A DNA stretch of 64,000 nt from Nitrospinales bacterium (GCA_965223345.1 CBDCWG010000012.1:2592001-2656000); one strand, 5' to 3'. Counted from the first letter of the stretch, positions 9,684 to 18,458 are shown. Notes: a model not told the origin generated them from the letters alone. Program-made: numbers and translations.

Positions 9684-10160
9684 ATGCCAAAAATAACTCC
9701 GTGTTTGTGGTTCGATGACAATGCTGAAGAGGCCGTTGAATTTTATTTGTCGGTCTTCAAAGATGCCGCGATCAAGTAGGTGACGCGCTATGGAGCGGGC
9801 CAGCCGGGGCCGGAAGGCCGGGTCATGACGATTTTGTTCACGCTGCAGGGGCAGGAATTCCTCGCCCTGAACGGCGGGCCGCACTTCACATTCAACGAAG
9901 CACTATCCTTGATCGTGAACTGTGAAGACCAGGACGAGGTGGACGCGATGTGGAACAGGCTGTCTGCCGACGGCAGGGGAGAGTGCGGCTGGGTGAAGGA
10001 CAAATACGGCGTGTCCTGGCAGATCGTGCCGACTGTGGTGATGGAAATGCTGAAAGACCCCGATACTGCAAAAACCGGACGGATGATGCAGGCGCTGCTG
10101 AAAATGGAGAAGCTGGATATCGCTGCGTTGCAACGGGCGTTTGCAGGAGGAACGGCGTGA
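9684..10160 (+). pseudogene. VOC family protein (PhnB/3-dmu-9 methyltransferase-like) interrupted by in-frame TAG at 9777-9779
   Basis: [67 protein letters not shown], all in one frame. Confidence 0.85.
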
Positions 10161-10334
10161 TCGCATCTTTTTGGGGATCTTCATTCCAATCATTTACATT
10201 CCAACTATTGTCATAGAAGTTTTTATCGCAAAACAACACCCACAACCTGCCTTCGGATTTTGGTTTTCCCGCGGCGCAAACGCTGTTAAAATGCGCGCCG
10301 TGCAGCAATGAATGTTCCCCCGCAATGATGGTTC

Positions 10335-10736
10335 GTGGATAATCCTTTCCCCAACACCAGAATCCTCGTCGTGGACGACGAGAAGAAAGCGCAGTCCAAC
10401 CTCAAGCGCATGCTGGAGCTGAAGCGGTTCAAGGTTCTGGTGGCGCACGACGGCAAGGACGCGCTGGCGAAGGTGGACGTGTTCGATCCGGAATGCGTGC
10501 TGCTGGACATCCGCATGCCCTACATGAACGGCATCGATGTTCTGAAGCTGATCAAGGAGAAGCACCCGCGCACCGAGGTGATCATGGTGACGGCGGTGAC
10601 CAGCCTCAAGATCGCAGAAGGGTGCCTCGAGGACGGGGCGTTCGCCGTGATCGAAAAGCCGCTCAACTTCCCCTACCTGATGGAAAAGATCGTCGCCGCG
10701 CTGGAAAAACGCAGCAACGACTCGAGCGCGTCCTGA
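10335..10736 (+). CDS. Single-domain response regulator (receiver)
   Basis: ILVVDDE, LLDIRMPYMNG, VIMVTA, EKP. Confidence 0.92.
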   Translation: MDNPFPNTRILVVDDEKKAQSNLKRMLELKRFKVLVAHDGKDALAKVDVFDPECVLLDIRMPYMNGIDVLKLIKEKHPRTEVIMVTAVTSLKIAEGCLEDGAFAVIEKPLNFPYLMEKIVAALEKRSNDSSAS

Positions 10737-10800
10737 TTCTGCTTACCTGACCTCTTAAAAACCCACTCCAAATTCAGCGTCAACATCCGGCGGATTCGTA

Positions 10801-11721
10801 TCACCGTTTCGCCGGGTTGATGCGATGCACGATCAGCCAGTAAGCCAGCGCCAGACAGAGCACCAGCACTCCATACAGCAGCACGTCCATCGTCTTGGCG
10901 GGAGAGAGCGAGAAAATGAGGATCTTGCGGATGAGAGCCGCAATGGCGAGCGTGACGAAGGCTTCCAGCGCAAAACTGCCTCCACGCAGGTGATTCATCT
11001 CTTCGTGGATCAACTCGATGGCCGCCCACAGGATCAGCAGGCTCCCGAGGATGGTCAGAATGCCTTTTTCCACGCTGGTCTGTCCGGAAAACAGCAGGTA
11101 GACATCGTAGCCGAACAGCCCGATGGAAAAAAACGCCACCATCACCAGCGCGATGGCCAGCATGTAGTTGAAGTAGGAGCTGGTTTTTTTCAGGAAGCCA
11201 AGCAGGGTCTTTTCGATGTTGGAGAGGGACAAAAAGCGGCTCATCTCCTCCTCGCGGTAGGAGCTGGTCAACACGTCCAGATTGATGTCGAGGATTTTCT
11301 CGACCGCCGTGAGCCTGTGGGTCAGATTCGCTTCTTTGTGGAATCGCTGGTTGACGCGATCCAGCGTGAATCCGCGCACATAATTGAACGCCGCGTTGAC
11401 GTAGTGGGTGGGAAGACCGAGCTTGACGTGGATTTCCCCGATTTTATAGAGCTTCAGGAAGTAGGAGATGTCGTACGCGCCGCCGAACAGATCCGTGTAC
11501 CATTGGCCGATCTTTTCGCGGTGCCGGTTCAGCACCGCTTCGTCGGTTAAAAAGTCCGCCGTATTTCCGAACCGGAAGATGAATTCGTAAAACCCCTCGA
11601 GGAATTCATCTTTGAGCGGTTCCAGTTCCGGTTTCATTGCAAGGAGCAACGCTTCATCCTCTTTGGTGAAACGGTAGTTGGCCTTTAAAGTGGGAAAATC
11701 TTTTTTAACCGCGATATCCAT
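10801..11721 (-). CDS. Protoglobin/globin-coupled sensor domain fused to PsiE-like membrane domain
   Basis: FT.ED..LL, FYE, IGEIHVKLGL (proximal His), K.LDINLDV; C-terminal 4 TM with IEL, AI.ALIRKIL. Confidence 0.8.
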   Translation of the reverse strand: MDIAVKKDFPTLKANYRFTKEDEALLLAMKPELEPLKDEFLEGFYEFIFRFGNTADFLTDEAVLNRHREKIGQWYTDLFGGAYDISYFLKLYKIGEIHVKLGLPTHYVNAAFNYVRGFTLDRVNQRFHKEANLTHRLTAVEKILDINLDVLTSSYREEEMSRFLSLSNIEKTLLGFLKKTSSYFNYMLAIALVMVAFFSIGLFGYDVYLLFSGQTSVEKGILTILGSLLILWAAIELIHEEMNHLRGGSFALEAFVTLAIAALIRKILIFSLSPAKTMDVLLYGVLVLCLALAYWLIVHRINPAKR

Positions 11722-11910
11722 AAGGGGAATGTTCTTTCATGTTTGAATAGCAGAAAACCCACTCGCAACCGGTTGAATCTTTGGGTGCCGGGGGACCGTA
11801 TGATTGCATAGATTTTGGCGATGCGGAAAAAAATCTGGTCCTGGAATTCTGGTAAGGGCCGAATTGGCCTGCTCAGGCGATACAGGAACTTCGCGCGTTG
11901 CCGGGGGGAT

Positions 11911-12303
11911 TCAGCCGTTCAGCCGGTTCTGCGTGCGCCGCAGGATTTCAAGCAGCGTGTCCTTGGGCGTGGCGGAGTGTTCTTCCGAGGGCGTGTGGAT
12001 GGAAAACCGGGTCGATGCGGCGGCCAGCGGTTCCAGAATCAGGATCATCTTCTGGTTGGGGGCGGTCGCGAGGATTTTCCTTCCGGAGCGGATGCTGTCT
12101 TCCTGCTCGACCTGCACTTTCAGGGTCTGCAACGCCTGCCGGGCGGCGGCGTGCACCTGGTTGACCGAATGGTGCAGGGTCGCATCCACCATCGGGTCGC
12201 GGTTGTTCTCGGCTTCCAGGTTTCCCGCACCGATGGCGAGCGCCACACAGCCGGTCACCAGCGGCAGAAACAGAAAGCTGAGGCCTTTTTGAATGTCGTT
12301 CAT
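11911..12303 (-). CDS. Putative lipoprotein (DUF3568-like)
   Basis: VTGC lipobox followed by VALAIGAG; sigma54 promoter upstream. Confidence 0.5.
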   Translation of the reverse strand: MNDIQKGLSFLFLPLVTGCVALAIGAGNLEAENNRDPMVDATLHHSVNQVHAAARQALQTLKVQVEQEDSIRSGRKILATAPNQKMILILEPLAAASTRFSIHTPSEEHSATPKDTLLEILRRTQNRLNG

Positions 12304-12356
12304 GAACGTGCGTTCCTGCAAAGCGGGGTTTCCTTCTAACTCATTGTTTTTTTAAA

Positions 12357-12372
12357 TGCAAACGATATGCCA
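12357..12372 (-). promoter_or_regulatory. Sigma54 (-24/-12) promoter
   Basis: Minus strand TGGCAT-ATCGT-TTGCA about 55 nt upstream of the lipoprotein ATG. Confidence 0.75.
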
Positions 12373-12538
12373 TGTGGGAACCTTTGATTTTCCGGGATTT
12401 CCGGGTTTGGGGGCCGGGTGGAGCGGCGGGGGATGATTGATTTTCCATCCGTTATTTATAAAAAATCAGACGGCCTGCGGCCGATCGGACTGAGGGTGCG
12501 CCGCGCAAACACCCTGCAAACAGTGGCGGTGTGCCGGG

Positions 12539-12931
12539 TCATTCCTGGTCCCAAAGGTGGACGATGCCGTTGAGGGACACCAGCCCGATGGCCTGGTTGT
12601 TCGAGAGCACCATGGCGTAGGACACGTTGAAGTTGGTCATGTGCCGCGCCGCGTAGGGCAGGGGCATGTCCGGCGGAACCGACAGCACCGGCTTGGACAT
12701 GATCTCGTAGACATGCGCCTCGTGCAGCTTCCTGCGCTGGGCGATGACTTTACGTGCGATGTCTTTCAGGGTCAGGATCCCGTACACATCGGATTCGTTG
12801 CGCGGCTCGATCAGAACCGCGTTGATTTTTTCCCGCTTCATCATGTCCCGGGCTTCGGAGACACGGGTGACGCCTTCGATTTTTTTGAATTCCGGCATCA
12901 TGATGTCGCGGACCGTTTTGTAGGGCGACAT
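12539..12931 (-). CDS. Stand-alone CBS-pair protein
   Basis: TVRDIM, YGILTLKDI, V.EIMSKPV.SV.PD, IGLVS. Confidence 0.9.
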   Translation of the reverse strand: MSPYKTVRDIMMPEFKKIEGVTRVSEARDMMKREKINAVLIEPRNESDVYGILTLKDIARKVIAQRRKLHEAHVYEIMSKPVLSVPPDMPLPYAARHMTNFNVSYAMVLSNNQAIGLVSLNGIVHLWDQE

Positions 12932-12953
12932 GGGCGTTCCTTCTGTTTGAGGA

Positions 12954-13301
12954 CTAAAAATAACGCTGCTTGGCGTCTTTTTCCAACGTGGGGAGCTGGC
13001 TTTCCAGACCGAGGGCGCGATCCACCTGAAAGGAAAAGGCGATGCCGTTGCCGTGCTCGTTCAGTTTGCCCGCCTGGTAGATCGCATCCATGATGTCGTC
13101 GGCGATGATGTCTTCGACGAGAAACAGAAGCATGTCCTTCTGGCTTTCCATGGTCAGCCCGAAAAACGATTTCTGCTCGTGGATGCCTTCGCCGCGGGCG
13201 TTCAGGATGGTGACGCCGGTGGCGCCGGCTTTCTTGGCCGCTTCGATCACCGCGTCCTGGTAATCGTCGTTGACCAGAGCCAGAATCACTTTGAAGCGCA
13301 T
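12954..13301 (-). CDS. P-II-like signal transduction protein
   Basis: AAKKAGATGVTILNARGEG, GNGIAFSFQVD; start at ATG 13301. Confidence 0.88.
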   Translation of the reverse strand: MRFKVILALVNDDYQDAVIEAAKKAGATGVTILNARGEGIHEQKSFFGLTMESQKDMLLFLVEDIIADDIMDAIYQAGKLNEHGNGIAFSFQVDRALGLESQLPTLEKDAKQRYF

Positions 13302-13317
13302 GTCGGTGTCCTCTAGC

Positions 13318-14121
13318 TTAGGGGTTGTTTTTATGGGCCGTGCGCCGCACACGCCATTCGCTGATCATAGCATAGGCCAACACGGCCATCATAGGGAAAA
13401 GGGAGGCGAAGGCGATGAGCCCGAATCCGTCGAGCAGTGGGGAACGGCCGGGGACGTTGGTCGCGAGACCGATACCCAGTGCCGCCAGAACCGGCACGGT
13501 CACCGTCGAGGTGGTCACGCCGCCGGAATCGTACGCCAAAGCCACGATGGCTTTGGGCGCGAAATACGTCTGGATCAACAGGATGATGTAGCCGCCGATG
13601 ATGTAGGTGTAGAGCGGTGTGCCGCTGACGATGCGGTAGATGCCCAGCGACACGCCGATGGCCACGCCCAGCGCCACAGCGATGCGCAGTCCCCAGGCGG
13701 ACACGGCGCCGGTGGAGATCTGGCTGGCTTTCAGAGCCACGGCGATCAGGGCCGGTTCGGCGAGCGTCGTGGAAAAGCCGATCAGAAAACCGAATGTGTA
13801 GGTCCAGGCGTACAGCTCGGGCGGCACCCGGCCCGTCTCGAAGACGGACTCGACGGTCTTGGTGTCGTTCTTCGTGAGAAACCTGAGGTCGGTCAACTGG
13901 TCGGCCATCTTAAAACTCATGGGGAAGATGCCCTGTTCCAGACCGACGATGAACACCGCCAGCCCGACGACGACGAGGATCAAACCAACCAGGATGCGTT
14001 TGAGGTTCGGCACCTTGCGCCGGATGATCACCACCTGAAAGAAAAACAGCACGAGCAGGATCGGCGCGATGTCGATCAGCGTGCTTTTCAGGGAAGCGAG
14101 GATCGGGTCGAGAAAGGGCAT
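13318..14121 (-). CDS. DUF1538 membrane protein (subunit 2)
   Basis: GL..GIFP, TTLAEPAL, AYDSGGVTTSTVTVP, DGFGLIAFAS; start overlaps upstream stop (TGATG). Confidence 0.88.
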   Translation of the reverse strand: MPFLDPILASLKSTLIDIAPILLVLFFFQVVIIRRKVPNLKRILVGLILVVVGLAVFIVGLEQGIFPMSFKMADQLTDLRFLTKNDTKTVESVFETGRVPPELYAWTYTFGFLIGFSTTLAEPALIAVALKASQISTGAVSAWGLRIAVALGVAIGVSLGIYRIVSGTPLYTYIIGGYIILLIQTYFAPKAIVALAYDSGGVTTSTVTVPVLAALGIGLATNVPGRSPLLDGFGLIAFASLFPMMAVLAYAMISEWRVRRTAHKNNP

Positions 14122-14864
14122 CAGGCGACTCCGTAAACGACCATGCCGTACACCAGCACGAACAGGATGGGCGTCAGGCTGGCGAAAGCGATGAGCCCGA
14201 ACCCGTCGGTCATGGGGTTGCGGCCGCGGATGGACGCGGCGAGGCTCACGCCCAGCGCCGTCACCAGCGGAACGGTGATGGTGGAGGTGGTGATGCCGCC
14301 GGAGTCGTAGGCGATGCCGATGATGGCCTGCGGTGCGTACAGCGTGGCGACGACGATCAGCCCGTAGCCTGCGATGATGAACCAGATCAGCGGCCAGCCG
14401 CGGATGATGCGCAGCACGCCCAGGGCGATGGCGATGCCCACGGAAACGGCGATGGTCAGCCGCAGTCCCAGCACGAAGCGGTCGAGCGATTCCGCATGCG
14501 ACGCGATGGCGCCCGAGCCTGCGGCCAGCTCTCCCGCCTTGGTGGCGATGACAGTGAGCGCCGGTTCGGCGATGGTGGTGGAGAAGCCGAGCGTGAACGC
14601 GAACAGCAGCAGCCACCAGGGATTTCCTTTGCGGGTGAACTGCGAGGCCAGGGATTCCCCCATCGGGAACAGCGCGGTTTCCAGACCCATGATGAACAGG
14701 AACAATCCGAAAACCACCAGCAGCATGGCGGTGATGGTTTTTTCCAGTTCGGGCAGCGGTTTCTGAATCACGAAAAGCTGGAAGAACACCATCACGATGA
14801 TGACGGGGGCGATGTCGAATACCGAAGAGAGCAGTTTCCGGACCAGGGGTTTCAAAAAATCCAC
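14121..14864 (-). CDS. DUF1538 membrane protein (subunit 1)
   Basis: GLETALFPMG, TTIAEPAL, AYDSGGITTSTITVP, DGFGLIAFAS. Confidence 0.88.
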   Translation of the reverse strand: MDFLKPLVRKLLSSVFDIAPVIIVMVFFQLFVIQKPLPELEKTITAMLLVVFGLFLFIMGLETALFPMGESLASQFTRKGNPWWLLLFAFTLGFSTTIAEPALTVIATKAGELAAGSGAIASHAESLDRFVLGLRLTIAVSVGIAIALGVLRIIRGWPLIWFIIAGYGLIVVATLYAPQAIIGIAYDSGGITTSTITVPLVTALGVSLAASIRGRNPMTDGFGLIAFASLTPILFVLVYGMVVYGVA

Positions 14865-14959
14865 GAAGGCAACCTCTAGGCTGCGAAGGTTAAAGGGAGT
14901 TCAGTCACCCTGACAAAACGGTGGGAATGGTTTCTGTCCAAACAAGGTGGGGAGAAGGA

Positions 14960-15247
14960 TTATTTGTTGCCGGCGGTCTCGTTGTGAGGATCCGGGGTTT
15001 CATCCTGCGAAGCGCTGGAACGCTGGGCCACGGCTTTCGGATCCTCGACGTCGGTCACTTCGGCCTGGTTGGCGATTTCATCGACGGACACGGCGTCGGA
15101 CTCTTTGTCGGACTCTTTCACGGATTGCTTGAAATTCTTGATGGTCTTCCCGAAAGCGCTGCCGATCTGCGGGATTTTGCCGGCTCCAAAGATGATCATG
15201 ATGATGACCAGCACGATCAACAGTTCCGGAAGGCCGATACCGCCCAT
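14960..15247 (-). CDS. tatA: Twin-arginine translocase TatA/E
   Basis: MGGIGLPELLIVLVIIMIIFGAGKIPQIG..FGK.IKNFK. Confidence 0.93.
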   Translation of the reverse strand: MGGIGLPELLIVLVIIMIIFGAGKIPQIGSAFGKTIKNFKQSVKESDKESDAVSVDEIANQAEVTDVEDPKAVAQRSSASQDETPDPHNETAGNK

Positions 15248-15374
15248 CTCAATATCTCCAGTTAAAATTTTTCAAACACTTACCGGTGAAAGTATACCTA
15301 AGGAGAAATGAAAAACCAAGCTATAATGCGGTGAGGCTTCAGGCAGGCCGCCATCAACCGCGAAGCGAGGGCGT

Positions 15375-15887
15375 ATGGGGTCGGATGAATTGGACAGGGA
15401 CAAGGTGCTGGATCTGTTTTATCAGAACAAAGGCAACCTGGACGACTTGAACCGGTTGATCGACTCCCGCCTGAGAGCGCACCGCACGCGCAAGATCACC
15501 CTGTTCGAAAAATTCGTCAAGGCGCGCGTTCAGCTCAACCGCAAAGTCTTCAAGATGGCGGACATGGAAGTCTCGCCGCAGGAAGTGGCGTTTTTGTGCA
15601 AGCATCCCGACCTCAAAGACGTCGAGGTGCTGGATCTCAGGAAAAACGGCTTCGGCGACATCGGGGTGGAGTCCATCGTGCGCTCGCCGATCCTGTCGCG
15701 GCTGCGCGAGCTGGACCTGCGCAGCAACCTGATCACGCGCCTGGGAATGCAAACGCTGGCCGAATGCACCACGCTGCAAAGTCTCGAAAAGCTGGATCTC
15801 AGGATGAACAAACTGGGAAAGCGCTGGGAGGAAAAACTGCTGCAGACGGGCAACTACCCGAACTTGAAGGACATCAAAACGGCGTAG
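15375..15887 (+). CDS. Leucine-rich repeat protein
   Basis: Three LxxLDLRxN repeats at a 28-aa period. Confidence 0.8.
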   Translation: MGSDELDRDKVLDLFYQNKGNLDDLNRLIDSRLRAHRTRKITLFEKFVKARVQLNRKVFKMADMEVSPQEVAFLCKHPDLKDVEVLDLRKNGFGDIGVESIVRSPILSRLRELDLRSNLITRLGMQTLAECTTLQSLEKLDLRMNKLGKRWEEKLLQTGNYPNLKDIKTA

Positions 15888-15936
15888 GAACGGACGCTCG
15901 AATCAAAAACGGGGGGATGCGGAGGCAGCCGACCGA

Positions 15937-16242
15937 TCAGAGGATCAGCCGGTTTTTGTTTTCCCGGATTTTCTGCACCATCTTGTCGGCGATTTCCTGG
16001 GCCTTCACCTGGTAGGAACCTTCCTCCAGAATCGTGCGGAATTTCTGCACCAATTCCCGGCGCACTTCCGAGTTGGAACTCGTCTTGCCCGAGGTGGCGG
16101 GCGGGGCTTTGGAAGACAGCGTCACCCGGTCCACTTCTTTGGACACGGATGCACTCGCCTGCACACCCCGCTTGATCTTCGGCGCGGGTTTGTTGATGGG
16201 GTTTTTTCTGTCCACTCGGGTGGTCGGGTCTAATTCCGTCAT
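15937..16242 (-). CDS. flgM: Flagellar anti-sigma28 factor FlgM
   Basis: DRVTLSS, VR.ELV...R..LE.G.YQV....IADKM; sigma28 promoter upstream. Confidence 0.85.
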   Translation of the reverse strand: MTELDPTTRVDRKNPINKPAPKIKRGVQASASVSKEVDRVTLSSKAPPATSGKTSSNSEVRRELVQKFRTILEEGSYQVKAQEIADKMVQKIRENKNRLIL

Positions 16243-16368
16243 CAGCTTGTAATTCTTCCGGGAAAAGAAGGTGTGTGACGCCTTCCGGGTTTCAGGCTGC
16301 CGTTCCAGAACGGGGTTTTATCCAGACCGGTCGCAAAACGGCCTGATCCGCCGGGGAGGAAGCCTAGA

Positions 16369-16533
16369 TCAGCGTGTCTGTTCGAGGAAGAAAACGGAGG
16401 GGTGAACGCGGGTACGATTCGAATGGTCCGGCGCATCTTCCATTTCTTCCGTGAAACTGGAGTCGCGGGTCCTGCTCACAACCGGGGCCTGTGTGCGCCC
16501 GGCCGCTTTGCTGCGGTCGATCTTCCGGATCAA
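16369..16533 (-). CDS. Possible 54-aa small protein upstream of flgM
   Basis: TTG start just after sigma28 promoter: MIRKIDRSKAAGRTQAPVVSRTRDSSFTEEMEDAPDHSNRTRVHPSVFFLEQTR. Confidence 0.3.
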   Translation of the reverse strand: MIRKIDRSKAAGRTQAPVVSRTRDSSFTEEMEDAPDHSNRTRVHPSVFFLEQTR

Positions 16534-16545
16534 CCTATGTTTAAA

Positions 16546-16572
16546 TTTTCGGCGCGACAGCGGATTTCTTGA
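16546..16572 (-). promoter_or_regulatory. Sigma28 (FliA) promoter for flgM unit
   Basis: Minus strand TCAAG-N14-GCCGAAAA vs consensus TAAA-N15-GCCGATAA. Confidence 0.75.
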
Positions 16573-16731
16573 GTCTTTTGCTGAAGATTTATCAAGAAAC
16601 TCAAAAAGTTGCGGGAAACCAGCCCGACGGCAGCCAGGGGTCGGAATCTGGCCGCCGGATCGGCCGCTGAGGACCGCCGGCCGGCTAACCGGAGGAAATT
16701 CAAATATAATTTTTGTTAATTAATTTAAATA

Positions 16732-16760
16732 TTGCATATCCGAACCACTTGTAGTACACT
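16732..16760 (+). promoter_or_regulatory. Sigma70-type promoter with AT-rich upstream element
   Basis: TTGCAT-N17-TACACT; no credible + strand CDS downstream. Confidence 0.6.
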
Positions 16761-16766
16761 GTATTC

Positions 16767-16860
16767 AAGTGAGTTACCTCCCGTTAGCGGACCCGCTTGT
16801 GAGGTTGGACTCCCCCGCCTGACAGCGGGTCCCATTACGGACCCCTTCCTCAAGTTCCAG
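16767..16860 (+). ncRNA. Candidate small RNA (3' end uncertain)
   Basis: Follows sigma70 promoter; GGACCCGC(16789)/GCGGGTCC(16825) stem, alternative GGGTCC/GGACCC hairpin, C-rich anti-SD-like tracts. Confidence 0.4.
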
Positions 16861-17164
16861 AACCCAAAATTCCACACAAATGAATTGATAAATCACCCGT
16901 TGCGATCGGTGCGTCTGCCAGTGCCCGGATGTTCTGTTGTTTGTGTTTGAAAAAACGGTGGTTGGATTCTTGCACGCGGATTGCTGCAGGTACTGCAGCA
17001 CGCCGCGCGGCGCAGGGGGATTCAGGGCATGCGCGGGATCGGCAGAGAACGTTTGCCAGCCGCAAGCGGGGATCGAAGACGCGCTGAGGCACTCCCGCGA
17101 TCGTAAAGACCGGGAGTGCAAACGATTGCGGCCGCTTCCCGGTTGCGGGTGTTGCGGCCGTCGT

Positions 17165-17377
17165 TCAGCCTTCGTTGCCGTAGTCGGAAAATTCCAGAAA
17201 CTGGCTGTCCAGGGTCTGCTTGACCCATTGGGGCACACGAGGGCGCTCGGAATTTTGCAGGGACATGGACTCTTCAGCCTTTCTGAAGTTGTCCCAATGC
17301 GTCTGTTTGAGCTCCTGAGTGCTGACCACCTTTTTGACGGAACCGTCGGGATTGTAAACCCTCACCTCGTAAAACAT
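17165..17377 (-). CDS. Hypothetical 70-aa protein
   Basis: Strong RBS AAGGAG, ATG at 17377, MFYEVRVYNPDGSVKKVV; sigma54 promoter upstream. Confidence 0.75.
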   Translation of the reverse strand: MFYEVRVYNPDGSVKKVVSTQELKQTHWDNFRKAEESMSLQNSERPRVPQWVKQTLDSQFLEFSDYGNEG

Positions 17378-17421
17378 GACTGTCTCCTTACCTTTGACGT
17401 TGATTTTCAATGATTTGTATG

Positions 17422-17436
17422 GCAATTCGCGTGCCA
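17422..17436 (-). promoter_or_regulatory. Sigma54 (-24/-12) promoter
   Basis: Minus strand TGGCAC-GCGAA-TTGC, matching the consensus. Confidence 0.85.
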
Positions 17437-17706
17437 AAACATAAAATGTTGAATTTTAAAGGGTTATTTTGTTTTTACGGGTTTTTTCGGGGGCGGGGGT
17501 TATCGCGAATTCATACAATTTTTGCCAAAATATGACAATTTTGGGCATATTTGACCGTCGTCGCAGGGGGCAATTTTGCGGTTCTGCGGTTGATTTTTTG
17601 CGCGATAATGGGCTGTGTAAGGGCTCATCCTGTGAATGCGGAGCCGTCAGCGGGGCAGGGCAGGATCGACCCGCGGCGGGGCCGCCGAACGATCTGGAGG
17701 TAAAAG

Positions 17707-17916
17707 ATGACAAAACAGGCGATCACCGTGAACGGCATGAGTTGCGGGCATTGCGTGGAAACGATCACGAAATCCGTCGGAGCGCTTCCCGGCGTTCAGG
17801 CGGTGAACGTGGATCTGGAACAGAAACGGGTCGCGGTGGAATACGACGAAGCGGCGACGGGAATGGAAGCAATCTCCGCCGCCATTGCGAAAGCGGGCTT
17901 TGAAGTGGAAGCCTGA
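17707..17916 (+). CDS. copZ: Heavy-metal-associated (HMA) chaperone, CopZ-like
   Basis: GMSCGHC metal-binding motif, 69 aa, RBS GGAGG. Confidence 0.9.
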   Translation: MTKQAITVNGMSCGHCVETITKSVGALPGVQAVNVDLEQKRVAVEYDEAATGMEAISAAIAKAGFEVEA

Positions 17917-17969
17917 GCGGGGAAGGGCGGGCGGCCCTTCTCAGACGGGGTGCGCTTTCTGCGTTACGT

Positions 17970-18458
17970 TCAGGGGTGCGCCAAAACCGGGCGGGTGCTG
18001 AAGTCGAGGCCGGGGCTGTCGCTTTTGGGTGTGGGTTCGTTGCACAGCCCGCCGCAGTCGGCGATGCCCAGGCTCAGCGGCGATTCGCCGAACTGTTTCT
18101 GAAACAGGGCGTCGGTTTCGTCGAAGGCTTTCTGCATGCGCTGCTTGTCCGCTTCACCGCGCAAACCGAAATAGGGGAAGTGGTGGAAATAGCGGCCGAA
18201 CAGCGTCTCGCAGTCCGCCATGTATTTGCGGCTGTCGAGGATGTGGATGTGCCAGAACGTGTCGATGTCGCGGGTGGGGACGATGGTTTTCTCCGGATGC
18301 AGGCACACCAGATACAGGAACCGGCGGTACCAGGTCTCCTGCACCTGAACCTGCTCGATGCTCCAGCCGGGTCCGGTTTCCGGCTGCACCAGCAGGAACT
18401 TGATCGGCTCCAGATCGAGAGCGCGGTTGAACTGCTCAAATGAAATCTCGGTTTTCAT
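17970..18458 (-). CDS. Glycine-rich-domain-protein-like (GRDP-like) hypothetical protein
   Basis: YRRFLYL, VPT..ID.FWH.HILD...Y..DC...FGRY.HH.PYFG. Confidence 0.7.
   Translation of the reverse strand: MKTEISFEQFNRALDLEPIKFLLVQPETGPGWSIEQVQVQETWYRRFLYLVCLHPEKTIVPTRDIDTFWHIHILDSRKYMADCETLFGRYFHHFPYFGLRGEADKQRMQKAFDETDALFQKQFGESPLSLGIADCGGLCNEPTPKSDSPGLDFSTRPVLAHP

Noticed and set aside
9777..9779. Pyrrolysine or selenocysteine recoding of the VOC stop
   Set aside because: The codon is TAG at a non-catalytic, variable position with no supporting machinery in the window; a nonsense mutation or error is simpler
13318..14616. 432-aa ORF suggesting one long DUF1538 protein
   Set aside because: The N-terminal extension is off-frame over the first DUF1538 gene; the true start is 14121
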